NCBI GenBank assembly: GCA_051362555.1
Contig: CM120649.1
Location: 4,402,001 to 4,466,000, forward strand
DNA from: Lingula anatina
Taxonomy: Eukaryota > Animalia > Brachiopoda
Reading direction: 5' to 3'
Length of the DNA stretch: 64,000 nucleotides
The position numbers were made by a program, and so were the translations under genes. Numbering within the stretch: the first letter of the stretch is position 1; every line of letters starts with the position of its first letter. The notes under the pieces are model-generated. The model was not told the DNA's origin and searched no databases. It saw nothing but the letters and a program-made list of their open reading frames with translations. This document shows, in pieces, positions 40,701 to 53,629 of the stretch.

Positions 40701-42617
40701 CGTAGAAAGGTAAAAAGTCATGAATATATATGCTGCATATTACCAAATCTATTTAAGGTTATTTCATGCATTCTGTTGGTATAGAAACCAATAAAACAAA
40801 TATCAAATAAATAGCGTGTCTTTATTTGTACTCTCAGAAAATTAAAGCATTGTAAACACTTCACAGAATTGTTTAAAAAATGAAGCAAAGATAGGCCTAT
40901 GCTTCCTACTACTAAGGTAATTTGGGTCGATGCCATTTTGTCTACTTCGACTCACACGCTAGCAGCCAACTATCGGGTGGCCTGTCCGACCTTCAGTCCA
41001 CCAAATACCGCGACGCTCTTGTCGACCCTTTTTTCGCTCCAAAAAGAAACTGGTATGTGCTGCTTTGGACAGAATGTCACTGAAATTTTCCGGGCGATGA
41101 TTGCTGGCCGCGGCCAGCCTTTCGTATAATTGTAAAAGGGTGATATCTCCATGTCCAATATCAATGGCAAACCAATCCAAAACGACGGCCCCCGTTCTCT
41201 TTATGACTTTAATTGTCGTGTATTTTGAAATTAATGCTAGAGATGAAGTTGACGGCAAAACGGCCATATTTCCATGTGGTGATAATACGCATGCGCAGAA
41301 AGTTCATTTTCCGCACTCGGAACTACTAGGATGTCTCCGCAGTCGACAATGACAGTATGGAGCTTGCGGAATTAGTAGAGAATTGCTGATTGCATTTTCC
41401 GGCAAATTCAATAACGATGTTTGCGACAACCGACTTCCTTGGGGGGGGGGGGGGGGGGGGGCGGTTTTGGGGGGGGGATTTTTTTTTTTTTTGGAGAACG
41501 GACGAAAATCGGTGCGCGCGCAGGATGTCATCCATAAAATTAAAACAGTGTGGCCTTAGTGGAGCGTGTAACTCTTTTACAGACGATAATTAGGAAAATA
41601 TGGAGATCCAAAATATCTTTTTTTATGGACGTTGTTTGCTTCACTGGCAAATTCAACCAATGAACTGATGTCACTATGAGATCAGAGAGAAAATAAAAAG
41701 TTATTAAAACACGATTTTAATCCTTATTTTCATTTATCAGTCAACAAAATAGGAAAAAAACTGATGAAAAATGTTTTGGAAAAAAATCCCATATTAAATG
41801 TCAAGTCTGTATATATCCTTCCCGTTAAAATCTACCACATGTTTGATATAGAAGTAATAAGAAGCGTCGAAGTAAAATTACCCGTGGTGTTCCTCATTCT
41901 TTCTCCCTGTAATGTTGTTTAAAAGTGGAGGATACAAAATAAAATACACTAATGCTATGGACAATATAAACGTTTTGAGGCTTTTTTTCCTGCAAGAAAA
42001 ACAGATTATGACACTGCGCGGAGGTTTGGGACATACACTGTATAACCTTTACCTCTGAATATGTGAAACATTCTTTATCGTACTCTTTCGAAAATACTGA
42101 ATAGCTCAAATTTTGTTAACTATCTAGAGACCCGTGTGATATCAGGAGCTACAGTGATATTGCGATTCCTTTTTAATTATAGAATGAACATCAACTGTGT
42201 CGTCTGAAATACGTTCACATGTAAAAAGCAACTGCGTTATACTTGGGAGTATGGTTATGTGATACCTTATCTATTCGACAAAGTACCAAATATCATCAGA
42301 AATACTGTATTAAGAGTGCACGTGTGCTATCTCAGAAATCAACCCTACCAATATTTATGTCCAATAAGGTGAGCATGATTCTAGTGTCAGAAAGCGCCTC
42401 CTTGGCGTTGTCATCGCTTTCAGGTGTCAGCTCCTCCTTCAGTAGCAAAAATTGGTCCATTATGTCTCTTGCGTCACCTTTGAAATAAATGATCATAATT
42501 TAGTGATCATAATTTAGTGACTACTTATTTTCAGTAGAACTATTTATCACAAATTATATAGTACATAACCTAGTTCATGAACAGATTCTGACACTGCGTA
42601 TATAAAATTTCGTATAT

Positions 42618-42658
<41 letters not shown>

Positions 42659-45600
42659 TGACTTAAAATACTTTTATTTTCCCAGCTGCTTCCTGTTCAT
42701 TTCAGTAATATTAAATTCAACGGATTACAGACATTTTGTAAATATATTTTTTAAACATGTCACGAACCTGTGTTTAAAGTTGCCTTGTGTTCTTCGAGGT
42801 TAACTTTGAGGAAGGCACCCACTTCCTTCGTAATTTGTTTTGCCATGACAGATGATGGGATAGGAAAATGTTTCAAGGCAGGGATGACGTCAGAGGGAAT
42901 GGGTCCTGCCAATAGCTTTCCATTAATTTCGTCAATTTTGTCCTTTAACCAGATAAATTCCTTATCGTCAATTGTGTAGCTGAAAAGGATAACCATTCAT
43001 TTCTGAGTTTCGAACAACATCTAAACGTAGCAGATTTTTAATTATCAATTCTATGCAAATATTTTAAATCAATGAGATATCATGGTTGGATAAATCTACA
43101 ACACATTGATAATTTTGCAAATAAATGCATTCTTGTATATATCAAATCTTATATAATTTCAGATTTCACCTCATCTTAACCACACGCCCTGTCTACATTG
43201 GCGACTCTACCGAGACTCTAGTTTAAGTACCCATTTGGCACTTAATAATAATATTTATTTGACCATTAAGTAACAGCTTTCTAAATAAATGTTGAAAACG
43301 ATACATATATGAGTGAATCCGTTAGATTTCGGTTTTTTCCATTACATATTATGGATAAGTTGTCAAAAAAATGCAGGTTTTGTCGTTCGAGATAACGTAC
43401 GCCATCTATTCATAAGCCTCATTCCCAATGGAACTTTTGGTTCTACGTAATTCGATCCCTGAATGCTATCGGATAATCAGATTGGCACGCCCTTTATAAG
43501 TGTAATAACCAGTTTTTTTTTGTATTCTGCTCATCGCGAGGAGGCGTACTAACATGTGAATCTGCATGCCTTCAGTTAGAAACCTCTCAGAGGTAGATCG
43601 ATCTAAGAAGAATGATATATTCATTGGGAATGAACTCATAGAAAGCAAATTAATTGGTTTTCCACAATCCAATAAAACACGTTACAAGAAGACCGAGTGC
43701 GTATCAAACATATAATTTTAACAGTAAGACACCTTTTCCCAAACGCCATCCTGCAGACGATGTTGAAGACAAGTAACCGGATGTAAACGTCTAATTCAAA
43801 CGGATCGGCCTCCTTTTCAATCAGGTTTGCGACTTCCTCAAAAGCAGACCTCGTGTATGTTTCCAATTTATCACCCGCCAGGTAGGTCCTAAATGACGAA
43901 AACAATGATAATCCTCTGTGACTATATCTAGTGTTTTCATGTGTAATTTACCCTGAGGTTTTAAAAAACTGGGTCTTCTTGACCCCAAAACAACTTTGTG
44001 ACTCTACTGGCAACATATTTCACCGCTCCATATGAAATCTCCCTTGTATTCCTCATACTTGGTATATAACGGGTATTTTAAAACATACACGGCACACGGC
44101 ACAGCAGAATGGAATTCTACGGGGCTTTTTTTAGCTTTTTCAATTAAGCAATCTATGTAACGCACCAATAAGGTCAACGTACCTGAGAGCCTTCAAAGTC
44201 ATCTGTCTCTGCAGTCTCCAAACTGGACCATAGTTGGCGAAAGATAAACTTCTGAACCCACCAGTCATAAGCTTAACTTGGTCAACAGATGAGTGCAGGG
44301 GTTAATGAGACGAAACAAAGTATTTCATCATCTAAATATCATTTAAAATACATTTTCCAACTTTACATCATCATCACGTTCTCACTATTATATACATATG
44401 ATTAGCAGTGAGACATGAGGTACGTACACTATCCTATTATATTTTATTATAATAAATAAAGATGCTACTCACACTTCCAGCTCTCGTCATCTCTCCCGGC
44501 AAATATCTCTTTCTTTTCAATAAATGCCTCATGAACAATCTCCGCAGATTTTAGAACCACGACCGAGCGTCCAAATCCTGCGAAGTCAAATCATGTAAAA
44601 TTGTTAGATTTTCTAGTCTTCCAAAATAGATTACGAATCGAACAAAGTTATATATTTTAAAACATTCTAACTGAATTAACATATTTTAACACTGACAACT
44701 AATTAAAATGTTGAAATGCTAAAAATAAGCATTCTACTTAAACTATAAAACATTCTTAGATATGATAAGCTAATTGACGAAATAAATGTACCTAATACCT
44801 AAATTCACCGAAAAAATGTCATCAAAGGACTTCCCGAGCTCATTGAAGGCGGCGTAAAATCGAACTTCATTTCTGAAAGCTGAAATGGTACCCGCATGTA
44901 CGAATACAAGACTATTTATTCAAATTTGAGCCGTGACTAGGGCAGCCATTTCTTCAAAGTTTTCAGACCTATCAAGAAAAATACCTATATCCTAGAAAGC
45001 CATATGTTGTTGGAAGAAAAACGTTGGTACATATAAAACAGTCTCGGCAGTTGCAAAGTCTTTAAAATAATGCTCACAACCACAGGGTAGTATTTTTTAT
45101 GAAAACTTCAGGACATTACCCTTAGCCAAAACAGTCACACAAATGATGCTGCATGGTGTCTTGGTAGGTACTTCAGCGGGTGTTGGAGAACTTCCCTCGA
45201 AAAGAAGGGCTTGCACAATACTGAGTCATGAGCAATTTTTTTTACATAAAAAACAATAAATAAATAAAAAAGCCAACAATGTGACAGTTAAGCTTTTTAT
45301 GAACAATCTTCCTAATAATTTACGTGTATGATATAAGCTTAAGCGCTTCTTTTTATAGGGACAGATCATGCACCTCGGTTTACTGACGATAGCGGTATCT
45401 GTGTCGGATGTTTTATATAGGACAGTGGCGATAAAGATTTTGCTTACGAGGGGGGAGGTTGAGAATAAAAAAGTGCTTAGCTTTGGCTGAAGAAGAAAAA
45501 AAGAAAAAAAAAAAAACAGTAGACGAAGGAAAATTTCTTAAATTGTGTACAGTATAGATGTGTGAAATACATGTTGCCTGATATAGTCCCGGTTTGTTCA

Positions 45601-46004
45601 GTACACATTTTTATAACATTTAATTCTATTAAATATTAAATAAGAAGGTAAGTGGGCGTGGGTTTAATACAATGTATGTCTTCCCTAGATCTGTCACTTC
45701 TAAAAGTCTCTCTCTCATCTCTCTCTCTCTCTCTCTCTCTGTACTTTGTCCGCAACTCCTTTAAGTGGTATTATCGGACCATCTAAGATCTGATGTGTTC
45801 TTTACTTTCAACCATTTACTTGTGCATTTGCCTGATTTTCAAAGATATCTCACCAAAGTAATGTCCCAGTATCGGCAGATGAGGAGGTCCTGGTGGCAGT
45901 TTGTACTTCTTCCTCTGTAGATATGACATCACCAACAGAAATACCACGATTCCAACCAAGACAGTTTTCACAGGAAGCCAACTAATTATAGCTGTATCCA
46001 TCAT
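37735..46004 (-). CDS. Cytochrome P450, clan 2 (CYP17-like), gene 4; 11 coding exons, 504 aa, intron 7 expanded by nested transposons
   Basis: Exons 46004-45854, 44879-44799, 44577-44473, 44276-44183, 43888-43733, 42979-42768, 42477-42349, 39021-38920, 38709-38575, 38239-38016, 37860-37735 (1515 nt). [37 protein letters not shown]. The frame is intact; expression is uncertain (see findings). Confidence 0.93.
39132..41809 (+). mobile_element. Tc1/mariner family A copy in gene 4 intron 7, carrying a nested element
   Basis: TA|CAGACTTGACATTTA...TAAATGTCAAGTCTG|TA; reverse-complement homologue of 30677-32338. The empty site ACAGAAACATATATTT is present in genes 3 (about 21923) and 5 (about 57877). 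Confidence 0.92.
40471..41555. mobile_element. PIF/Harbinger-type non-autonomous element nested in the Tc1 copy
   Basis: About 34-bp TIR GGCCACACT..TTTTATGGATGACATCCT; 3-bp TSD TTA (40468-40470, 41556-41558). The other Tc1 copies are uninterrupted at this position. Confidence 0.9.
42620..42653. repeat. (AT)n microsatellite
   Basis: Perfect run in gene 4 intron 6. Confidence 0.93.
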
Positions 46005-46336
46005 CCTAAAAGCGTATATGTTAACTGTAAAGTTATCATCTGAATTACGTTGGTAAAAGTATGTTCCTTAAAACTGCACTTAAACCTTCTCTGGATACAA
46101 AGACATATCTAATTATTTCATAAAATAACTTTAAGAATAACATTTTACCCTACTTTTAACCAAATTAAATCAAGGGTAGTCCAAATACACAAAACAAATT
46201 AATTTACAAAACAATACTTCTTTAAGTAAATATCTAAGGATTTTTCTCGCACATGAACAGATGTAGAATACATCTTTCATCTTTTAAAGTCTGTTACGGT
46301 CTACCCTGTACAAGCACCAATGCTTAGGTAGTGAAG

Positions 46337-46512
46337 CCCCCTCACACTTATATGGAATCAGCACGAAACAAACAGAACAAGCCGGAATGGCTAAATTAAA
46401 AAATTCGTACTACATATGGGAAGATATTTCAAATGGACCTAAATTCTTGTAAGAATACCGTCGGAATACAAAAAATGCGCTTGAATCCAGTCCGCCTCTA
46501 GTGTGACGGGGG
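46337..46512. mobile_element. Short MITE at the gene 4 upstream breakpoint
   Basis: Ends CCCCCTCACACT / AGTGTGACGGGGG; no matching TSD. Confidence 0.6.
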
Positions 46513-47669
46513 TATCATTAAAGGAGTCGTGTCGCGATATCTCTCTCTTTCCTTCGAACAAGCAAAGGGCTGACCAAAGTAAGCTTTCTTAACTAATTTC
46601 CTTTTGATTGTATATTGTAATTACTCTAACTGCTCGCATCCATTAATTGTCTTGTAAAAGTGACAAAGAATGTGTTGCTTTCACACACAAGTTGAAAGAA
46701 CTTTGCATAACTACTTTGCCTTGTTGCATGCCTTTATCAAGGTTATAATCAGTGTAAAGAGGCTGTCTTGCCTCACTTAAAAATGGAGTTGTTCTTCATA
46801 CTGGTTGTTGCTTAACTTATGCTTACCTACTTTGTACAAATATGGTTTCACCAAATCGCCAAAAGTATGACATCAATGAACATTGTGTATCAAACGTTTT
46901 AATACGGTTTAAATAAATGGACAAGAAGGATTACGGTATGAGTTACTATCTACCTCTGGTGTTAACTTCGTCCTGCTGATAACTTTAACAAATGTTGCAG
47001 ATCGTTAAAAAAGAAAAAAAAATTCTTATGCTGATTATTTATGACATACAATTTATATATTTCGGTTGTTTCACAATCAGGGGTACAAAATAGGGGTCAC
47101 ATTGAGAGAAAAATGAACTCTGAAGAATTTGTTCAATTTTTTAACATATAAAAAGAATAACATCTTAACTATGACATCCAGAACACAATATTAATTACTT
47201 TTTGTGCTACGCTCAAATTAACAGAACGCCCCTTAGGCTATGATCTGGGGGTACGGACACTACACATTCAAGTAATAGGTGAGCGGCAAAACCCCAAAAC
47301 GTGCTTTATTTAAGGACTTTATAGTGTCCCCTTTATACACAGACCTGAATTATAGATCATTTGAAAGATCAGAGCCTGCTGGTCAAAGTTAGTCATGATG
47401 TGGAAATGGTAATTGCCTACGTAACCATGGAAACGGACAAAATCCAAGAAGGCCGCCTGTTTTTTTGCATTTTTTCTAAAAATACAAATCATTGATAAAC
47501 ATACCTAAAACATTGTGTATCATATGACCTTTTCACATCTCCTGGTGAGGGAGGTTGTGGGCTAAAAAAAAAAAAAAAAAAAAAAAAAAACACCAAAGCA
47601 GGATTTCAAGATGGCCGCCATTGTTTATGAAAAATTGGTCAAATTTTCTCATTTTATTCCAAATCTTCG

Positions 47670-47862
47670 CCTACTGCAATTCTACTCCAAAAAGTACATA
47701 GGTTTGTGTAGAGAGGATCATTATTGCAGTAGATTAGCAGCATGATAGAAGCATGTTTCAAATATGCTAATTAGCACCCAAATCGAAGCAGATTTAAAGC
47801 GTGTTTGCAGTATGATTGCAGTAGTCTACTGCGCTGGAGTGTCTACTGCGTTTTCGTGCGGG
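47670..47862 (-). mobile_element. Truncated copy of the CCCGCACGAAAA MITE
   Basis: Reverse-complement homologue of 52194-52420; ends TTTTCGTGCGGG|TA. Confidence 0.8.
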
Positions 47863-48804
47863 TACTTAAGACTCAGTCATTGGACAGCATGTTGTAATCG
47901 ATATTTAAAAAAGTTAATTTTTGTACTCCGCTTTTCAGTGTTCATCCTGGTGCTTTCAACGGGGAAACTTCAGGTTGAGGTTACAATTACGTCGCGAGCC
48001 TAATTCCATACCTGTATGTCACTGGAATATATTTAAGTACACGTAAAGCTTTGTCCCTATATCGTCACACATCATAGATACTGAATTTTGTCTTTAATGA
48101 AAAAATACCCTCAAATTATCGTTTTGTGCTTAAACCTTTCATAACTTGGCCCGATGTTTGATATACAGTACGTGTAGTGTAGCTACTATGACATTCCTCA
48201 AGTTGGGTCTGCTGGGGGAGGGGGGCATTTAAATGATAAACGAGAAAGTCTACCTGTAAAACCAGCGGCAGCGGTTTATATGATCGCTATCTCGATTCCT
48301 TTTGCTTTGACAGCAATATAAAAAGTGTGATGGGAGTAAGTCACGCAAAGACCCGACGTTGTTTTGTCTTCAGCATTTCCTCCTCCTTGTCTTCTGCAAT
48401 TACTATCGTCAATTAATGAAACCGAGAAAGCAATTAAGTGACAGCACACTCTATCGCCACGCGTTCTAAATCAGGGGGTGTTTATTCTGAATCGGGGAAA
48501 CAGGAGATATGTCCCTAAATGGGGAGATTCTCGAGGAGAAATGCAGTGTTGAAAGGTCTAAAGAATTTTCTCTGCAAAATGGCTAGCTTAGATTATCATA
48601 CAATGAATGGTACCATACGTGCCTGAGATCTTCAGTGTGTGCAACAAGTGACGCAAAGACAGCAAAATGTAAGCAAGGAGGCGTGTGTCTGTTTATAGGG
48701 GAGGGGCAGTTAGTGGTATTTGTATATGGAGTTGGGTAAAATAAAATAGTCCAGAATAGTGTACGTACACGTTTGAGAAGTTGAACATGGAAAAGTGTTC
48801 GACT

Positions 48805-48805
<1 letters not shown>

Positions 48806-48842
<37 letters not shown>
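48806..48842. repeat. (AAT)n microsatellite
   Basis: Perfect run. Confidence 0.93.
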
Positions 48843-48844
<2 letters not shown>

Positions 48845-49151
48845 GAGTAAAAAAACGAAATAAAATGTAAAAAAATCAAACAGTTACTCTGGCAGCTTTC
48901 CGTCATGGCTATGAATCTGACATCGAATTTGGTCCAAAATATTAGTAAATTCAGAATCATTATAGCTAAAACGTAAATTGACTTCTGCCTTAATTTGTAA
49001 AATAACCAAAAATGCCGGTGATCCAAGCGAGGGATACGCTTTCCTGAATGTAGCGGCGACGAACGGCTACGATGTTTTTCTGAACAACTTAACCTGCATG
49101 ACAGTGGACCTGTATTAGTTACGAAAAGCCCCACTTTCAACAGGCGTGTTG

Positions 49152-50480
49152 TAATAATAATAACAATAATAATATTTATTTCTTAAAACCGCACTACACT
49201 ACTCTCAGTGCTGTTTACAGATAAAATTATCAGGATTACAACTAATTATATAGCTAATAAAAGCTAAGGTAAAAAAAGCAATTAAAATAAATTAATGCTG
49301 GTAAAATAGTAATGGTCTGAACAATAAAACTTTTTTTCTGATAAAATATTAATTAAAATACTGTGAAAATAAAAATGTTTTTAAGTCTTTTTTAAAAACC
49401 TCAACACTATCAATAGTCCGATTGTGTGAGGGTAGTTGATTCCAAAAAATCGGTGCTGCAATTGAAAATGCCCTGTGGCCGTAGGTTTTGGTTGTTTTTT
49501 TATTATCATTTCTGGTAAAACAAAGAGTGGAGGTGGATCTGGTAGACCTGGTGAGACTGGGTGTACTTGGATGTAGCATTGAGTTAAAATATGATAGGCA
49601 TTCACCTCTGGTGAATTTAAAAACAAACAGCAGAAATTTAAAAACAGTTCTCTGTCGTACAGGAAACCAATGTACATGTACATGTAGTTCGAATAAAATA
49701 GGTGAAATGTTTGATCTGAGATAGGTTTTGATCAATAGTCGTGCTGCAGCATTTTGGACAGATTGCAGTTTTTCAATTTGGTAGGTAGGAAGACCATACA
49801 GTAGACTGTTTCCGTAGTCAAGATGTGCAGTTATAAAGGCATGGACAAGCCTCTCCATTTGACTTTTATCAAGGATATGGGACAGTTTGGAATTTTTTAA
49901 AGACCAAAGCGGCTATGCATTTTTTACTGATGTCGGCAGCCATATCGCACCTATTATCAAAAATTACTCCAAGGTTTTTAACCTCATCTTTTACCGTGAC
50001 TGTACTGTTTCCTATTTCTTATAGCTCTAGTTTTTCTGCATTCTTAGAAAAACGAGAGGTAAAGTGAACTACCTCTGTTTTGCCATCATTGAAAACAAGT
50101 GAATTGGCATTAAGCCATGGACTCAACTGAATAATACATTGCTGGATAGATGGAATTACATCTGATAGCCTGTCGCAAACAATATAAATTTGTGAGTCAT
50201 CTGCATAAAGCATTAGGTCAAAACCGTACTTAGGGACAATGTCGTCAATTGGTGACGTGTAAAGAGTGAACAGGATGGGGCCGAGTACAGAGCCTTGTGG
50301 TACACCACAAGCTATTGGTGTTGACGGTGATTTGTGAGTGCCTATTGAGACTGATTGTTCACGCTCAGTCAGGTATGATTTGAACCATGCCAATGCAATA
50401 TCATCTATACCGAAACGATTTTTCAGTCTGTTGAACACTATTTCGTGGTTTATTGTTTCAAAGGCTGCAGAAAAATCATT
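49152..50480 (-). mobile_element. L2-clade LINE, 5'-truncated, reverse transcriptase pseudogene
   Basis: DFSAAFETINH, GVPQGSVLGPILFTLY, YADD, then (after frameshifts) HAFITAHLDYGNSLLYGLP, LQSVQNAAARL, YGHRAFSIAAPIFWNQLP; short (TTA)n-type tail. Confidence 0.93.
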
Positions 50481-51139
50481 TATTAATATCTTCATGTCAC
50501 AAAGTACATTTATACAGGCATAATTGTATTCTAGGAACTATTTCCAAGTAATGAACGAGAGTAAAATATAAGTCGGCACAAATATAAGTCATACAACAAT
50601 GAGTCTGTATTTAAAGTGTAATCACTCCTGTTATGGGCCATGTCGGATTATAGTGGCATACCTTGATGCAAAACAGTCTATCGTTTCTTCCACCTCGAGC
50701 CCCTTTAATAAATGTATTTTATTACTCATTTTACCCATTTCATTTGACACCCTCTCTGTTTCTCTCCCTTCCCCTTTCTCTTGTTAGAAGGAGGGTTAAT
50801 AATTAAGCGCTCAAAATCTGCATCACCTATCTTCAGAAAAGAATGAGTCAATGAACCAGTGGGCTGGTCCCCAACGTTCGACACAGCAGAATGAATCAAA
50901 TAACAGCTTTCACACATTTAAATGCAGCTAGCTATAGTGTCACACACACACAAATAATCCGCTGCATGCACGAAGCTGCTGAACAAAAATATAATTCGCT
51001 ACGGAAGACCGTTTGTTTACATAAGTACTCTTAGGGGGCGTACCTACAGCAGGGGATCAGGCCAGTCACTATATTCCGTCAACAATCGTTTAGCGACCCT
51101 ATCATTATCACACTGCCTCTATTGTATTTTCTGTCGTTA

Positions 51140-52605
51140 AAATCAGCATCTAATTTTTAAATGGTGAACGGAAAAAAATATACACAAACTAAATACTAGG
51201 ACGGGAGGTTTCATACATAGATTATACTGTTTTGAGTTGTTTTAGCGGATAATGTTTTTATTACTTGTATGATAAATGACCTGCTTTGGTTCTCCCTGAA
51301 CTGTCATCTAGTGAAAGAAGCACAGAATACACAAACGTGAAAGCAGCGACAGCGGTTTATATGATCGCTACTGCAAACCGCAGTAGACTACTGCAATCAT
51401 ACTGCAAACATGCTTCAAATCTGCTTCGATTTGGGAGCTAATTAGCATATTTGAAACATATGCTTCTATCATGCTGCTAATCTACTCATTAATGCTCCTC
51501 CTCTCTGTACAAACCTATGTACTTTTTGGAGTAGAATTGCAGTAGGCTATGCTGCATTTCTACTGCAAATATGCTCCACACCACTACTGCGTTAATGCTT
51601 TTTTGCTACTTCGATACTACTGCATTTTCGTGCGGGTAATGTTTTATTACATGTATGTTAAATGACCTGCTTTGGTTCTCCCTGAACTGTCATCTAGTGA
51701 AAGAAGCACAGAATACACAAACGTGAAAGCAGCGGCAGCGGTTTATATGATCGCTATCTCGGTGCCTTTTGCTTAAACAGCAATATAAAAGTGTGATGGG
51801 AGTAAGTCACGCAAAGACCCGACGTTGTTTTGTCTTCAGCATTTCCTCCTCCTTGTCTTCTGCCATTACTATCGTCAATTAATAAAACCGAGAAAGCAAT
51901 TAAGTGACGGCACATTGTATATAGTCACTAAGTGTATTTCGCTGAGAGTTTACAAGATCTAGCGACACATTTTATCGCCACGCCTTCTAAATCAGGGGGT
52001 GTTTATTCTGAATCGGGGAATTAGGAGATATGTTCCTTAATGGGGAAATTCTCGAGGAGAAATACAGTGTTGAAAGTCGTTATAATCAGCATCTAATCTT
52101 CAAATGGTAAACGGGAAAAATATACACAAACTAAATACTAGGACGGTAGGTTTCCTACATAGATTATACTGTTCTGAGTTGTTTTAGCGGGTACCCGCAA
52201 GAAAAAGCAGTAGATACTCCAGCGCAGTAGACTACTGCAATCATACTGCAAACTGCAGTAGACTACTGCCATCATACTGCAAACATGCTTCAAATCTGCT
52301 TCGATTTGGGAGCTAATTAGCATATTTGAAACATGTTTCTATCATGCTGCTAATCTACTGCATAAATGCTCCTCCTCTCTGTACAAACCTATGTACTTAT
52401 TGGAGTAGAATTGCAGTAGGCTATGCTGCATTTCTACTGCAAATATGCTCCACACCACTACTGCGTTAATGCTTTTTTTGCTACTTCGATACTACTGCAT
52501 TTTCGTGCGGGTAATGTTTTATTACATGTATGTTAAATGACCTGCTTTGGTTCTCCCTGAACTGTCATCTAGTGAAAGAAGCACAAAATACAAACGTGAA
52601 AGCAA
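51140..52605. repeat. Complex local tandem duplication
   Basis: The segment TAATGTTTT...AAATGACCTGCTTTGGTTCTCCCTGAACTGTCATCTAGTGAAAGAAGCAC occurs three times (about 51250, 51637, 52512). 51140-51250 is repeated at 52084-52193, and 51730-52075 is repeated at 48262-48554. Confidence 0.9.
52194..52511 (+). mobile_element. MITE with CCCGCA(C)GAAAA TIRs and TA TSD (CMC/EnSpm-like)
   Basis: TA|CCCGCAAGAAAA...TTTTCGTGCGGG|TA with internal CTACTGC repeats; empty site at 51245-51255; a partial copy lies at 51371-51636. Confidence 0.85.
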
Positions 52606-52975
52606 TGCAAGGTTTTTTCTGCTACTTTTCAATTTAAAAAATGACAATATGTAAATTGATATATCCTCATCAATGCCTACAACTCTGCATTCGACTAAAC
52701 TATAGAGTGACATGATGCAATCCCACCATGTCGATTTTGCACCTTTTCTAAAAAATTGGATAAGGCATTAGGTGCAGCTTTACATAATTCACATTTATAT
52801 TCATCACCTTTGAAACATATGTATTTCTCACCTTTGCTCAATGCCAAGATCCTTTTAACACCAGGGAGTAACAGTTTTTGAAAGCAACCTTCCCCTTACC
52901 CCTCCACTCGCCAGTCTTAATACATGTGGCGCAATATGCCTACAATACATGACCTAAATTGCACAGTAGCAACGT
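52570..52975. repeat. Block B, copy 4
   Basis: Homologous to 27951-28375; ATGACCTAAATTGCACA at 52949-52965; truncated at the next MITE. Confidence 0.85.
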
Positions 52976-53158
52976 CCCAGCAGGCATAGTCGCGTTGGAT
53001 CAACGTTGAAAACAGGTTGATACGTTGAATTGCCGTTGATCTACCTAAATTCAACGTAAAATCAACGTTGATCCAGCCACGTCACCCAGCAGAATCAACG
53101 TTCATTTTGGTTGATCAACGTTGATTCAACGTAGAATCAATGTCGTTTGCCTGCTGGG
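52976..53158. mobile_element. MITE with CCCAGCAGGCA TIRs (CMC/EnSpm-like)
   Basis: 11-bp perfect TIR; many internal TCAACGTTGA palindromes; no TSD match. Confidence 0.8.
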
Positions 53159-53573
53159 TCAAAACGCCGTCATAATGTGACATTGACTCAACGTTATATT
53201 TTGCTAATTGACACAACCTTGCAGTTATGGATTGTAATTTAAAATATCAATTATTGAAAACGTGATACTTTGTTTATCAATACTGTAACTAAATTTATCA
53301 AAATAATAACAAAAGGGTTTAAAAGTAAAAATGACAGTTGTTTTGAGTCTTTTGTGAACTAGTGAATTTTCTTAACTTGTTATTCAGAAATACATTCCAA
53401 TAAACTGAATTCCTTGCAAGATCAGCTACGTCGTACAACGGAAACATAATTATTACTACTTCTGTAACACTAAGATGAATAAGTTGCTGTAAATGTAATG
53501 GAGTTAAGTTAATAAAGTTAACAGCTCTTGGTAACCTGTTATAGATAGACAGGTTGAGGTGATTGTGACTTTG

Positions 53574-53574
<1 letters not shown>

Positions 53575-53628
<54 letters not shown>
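53575..53628. repeat. (TA)n microsatellite
   Basis: Perfect run abutting a Tc1 terminus. Confidence 0.95.

Positions 53629-53629
<1 letters not shown>

Noticed and set aside
46958-47670. Repeat-like segment with CAAGATGGCCGCC motifs
   Set aside because: Probably a DNA-transposon fragment, but its boundaries and family cannot be supported.
48583-49140. 185-aa ORF, the longest in the track
   Set aside because: It spans an (AAT)n microsatellite (poly-Ile) and repeat-like DNA, with no recognisable domain.
51140-53158. Repeated units and TCAACGTTGA/CTACTGC motifs resembling a CRISPR-like array
   Set aside because: There is no constant repeat-spacer periodicity and no cas genes. The pattern is explained by MITE subterminal repeats and local duplication in eukaryotic DNA.
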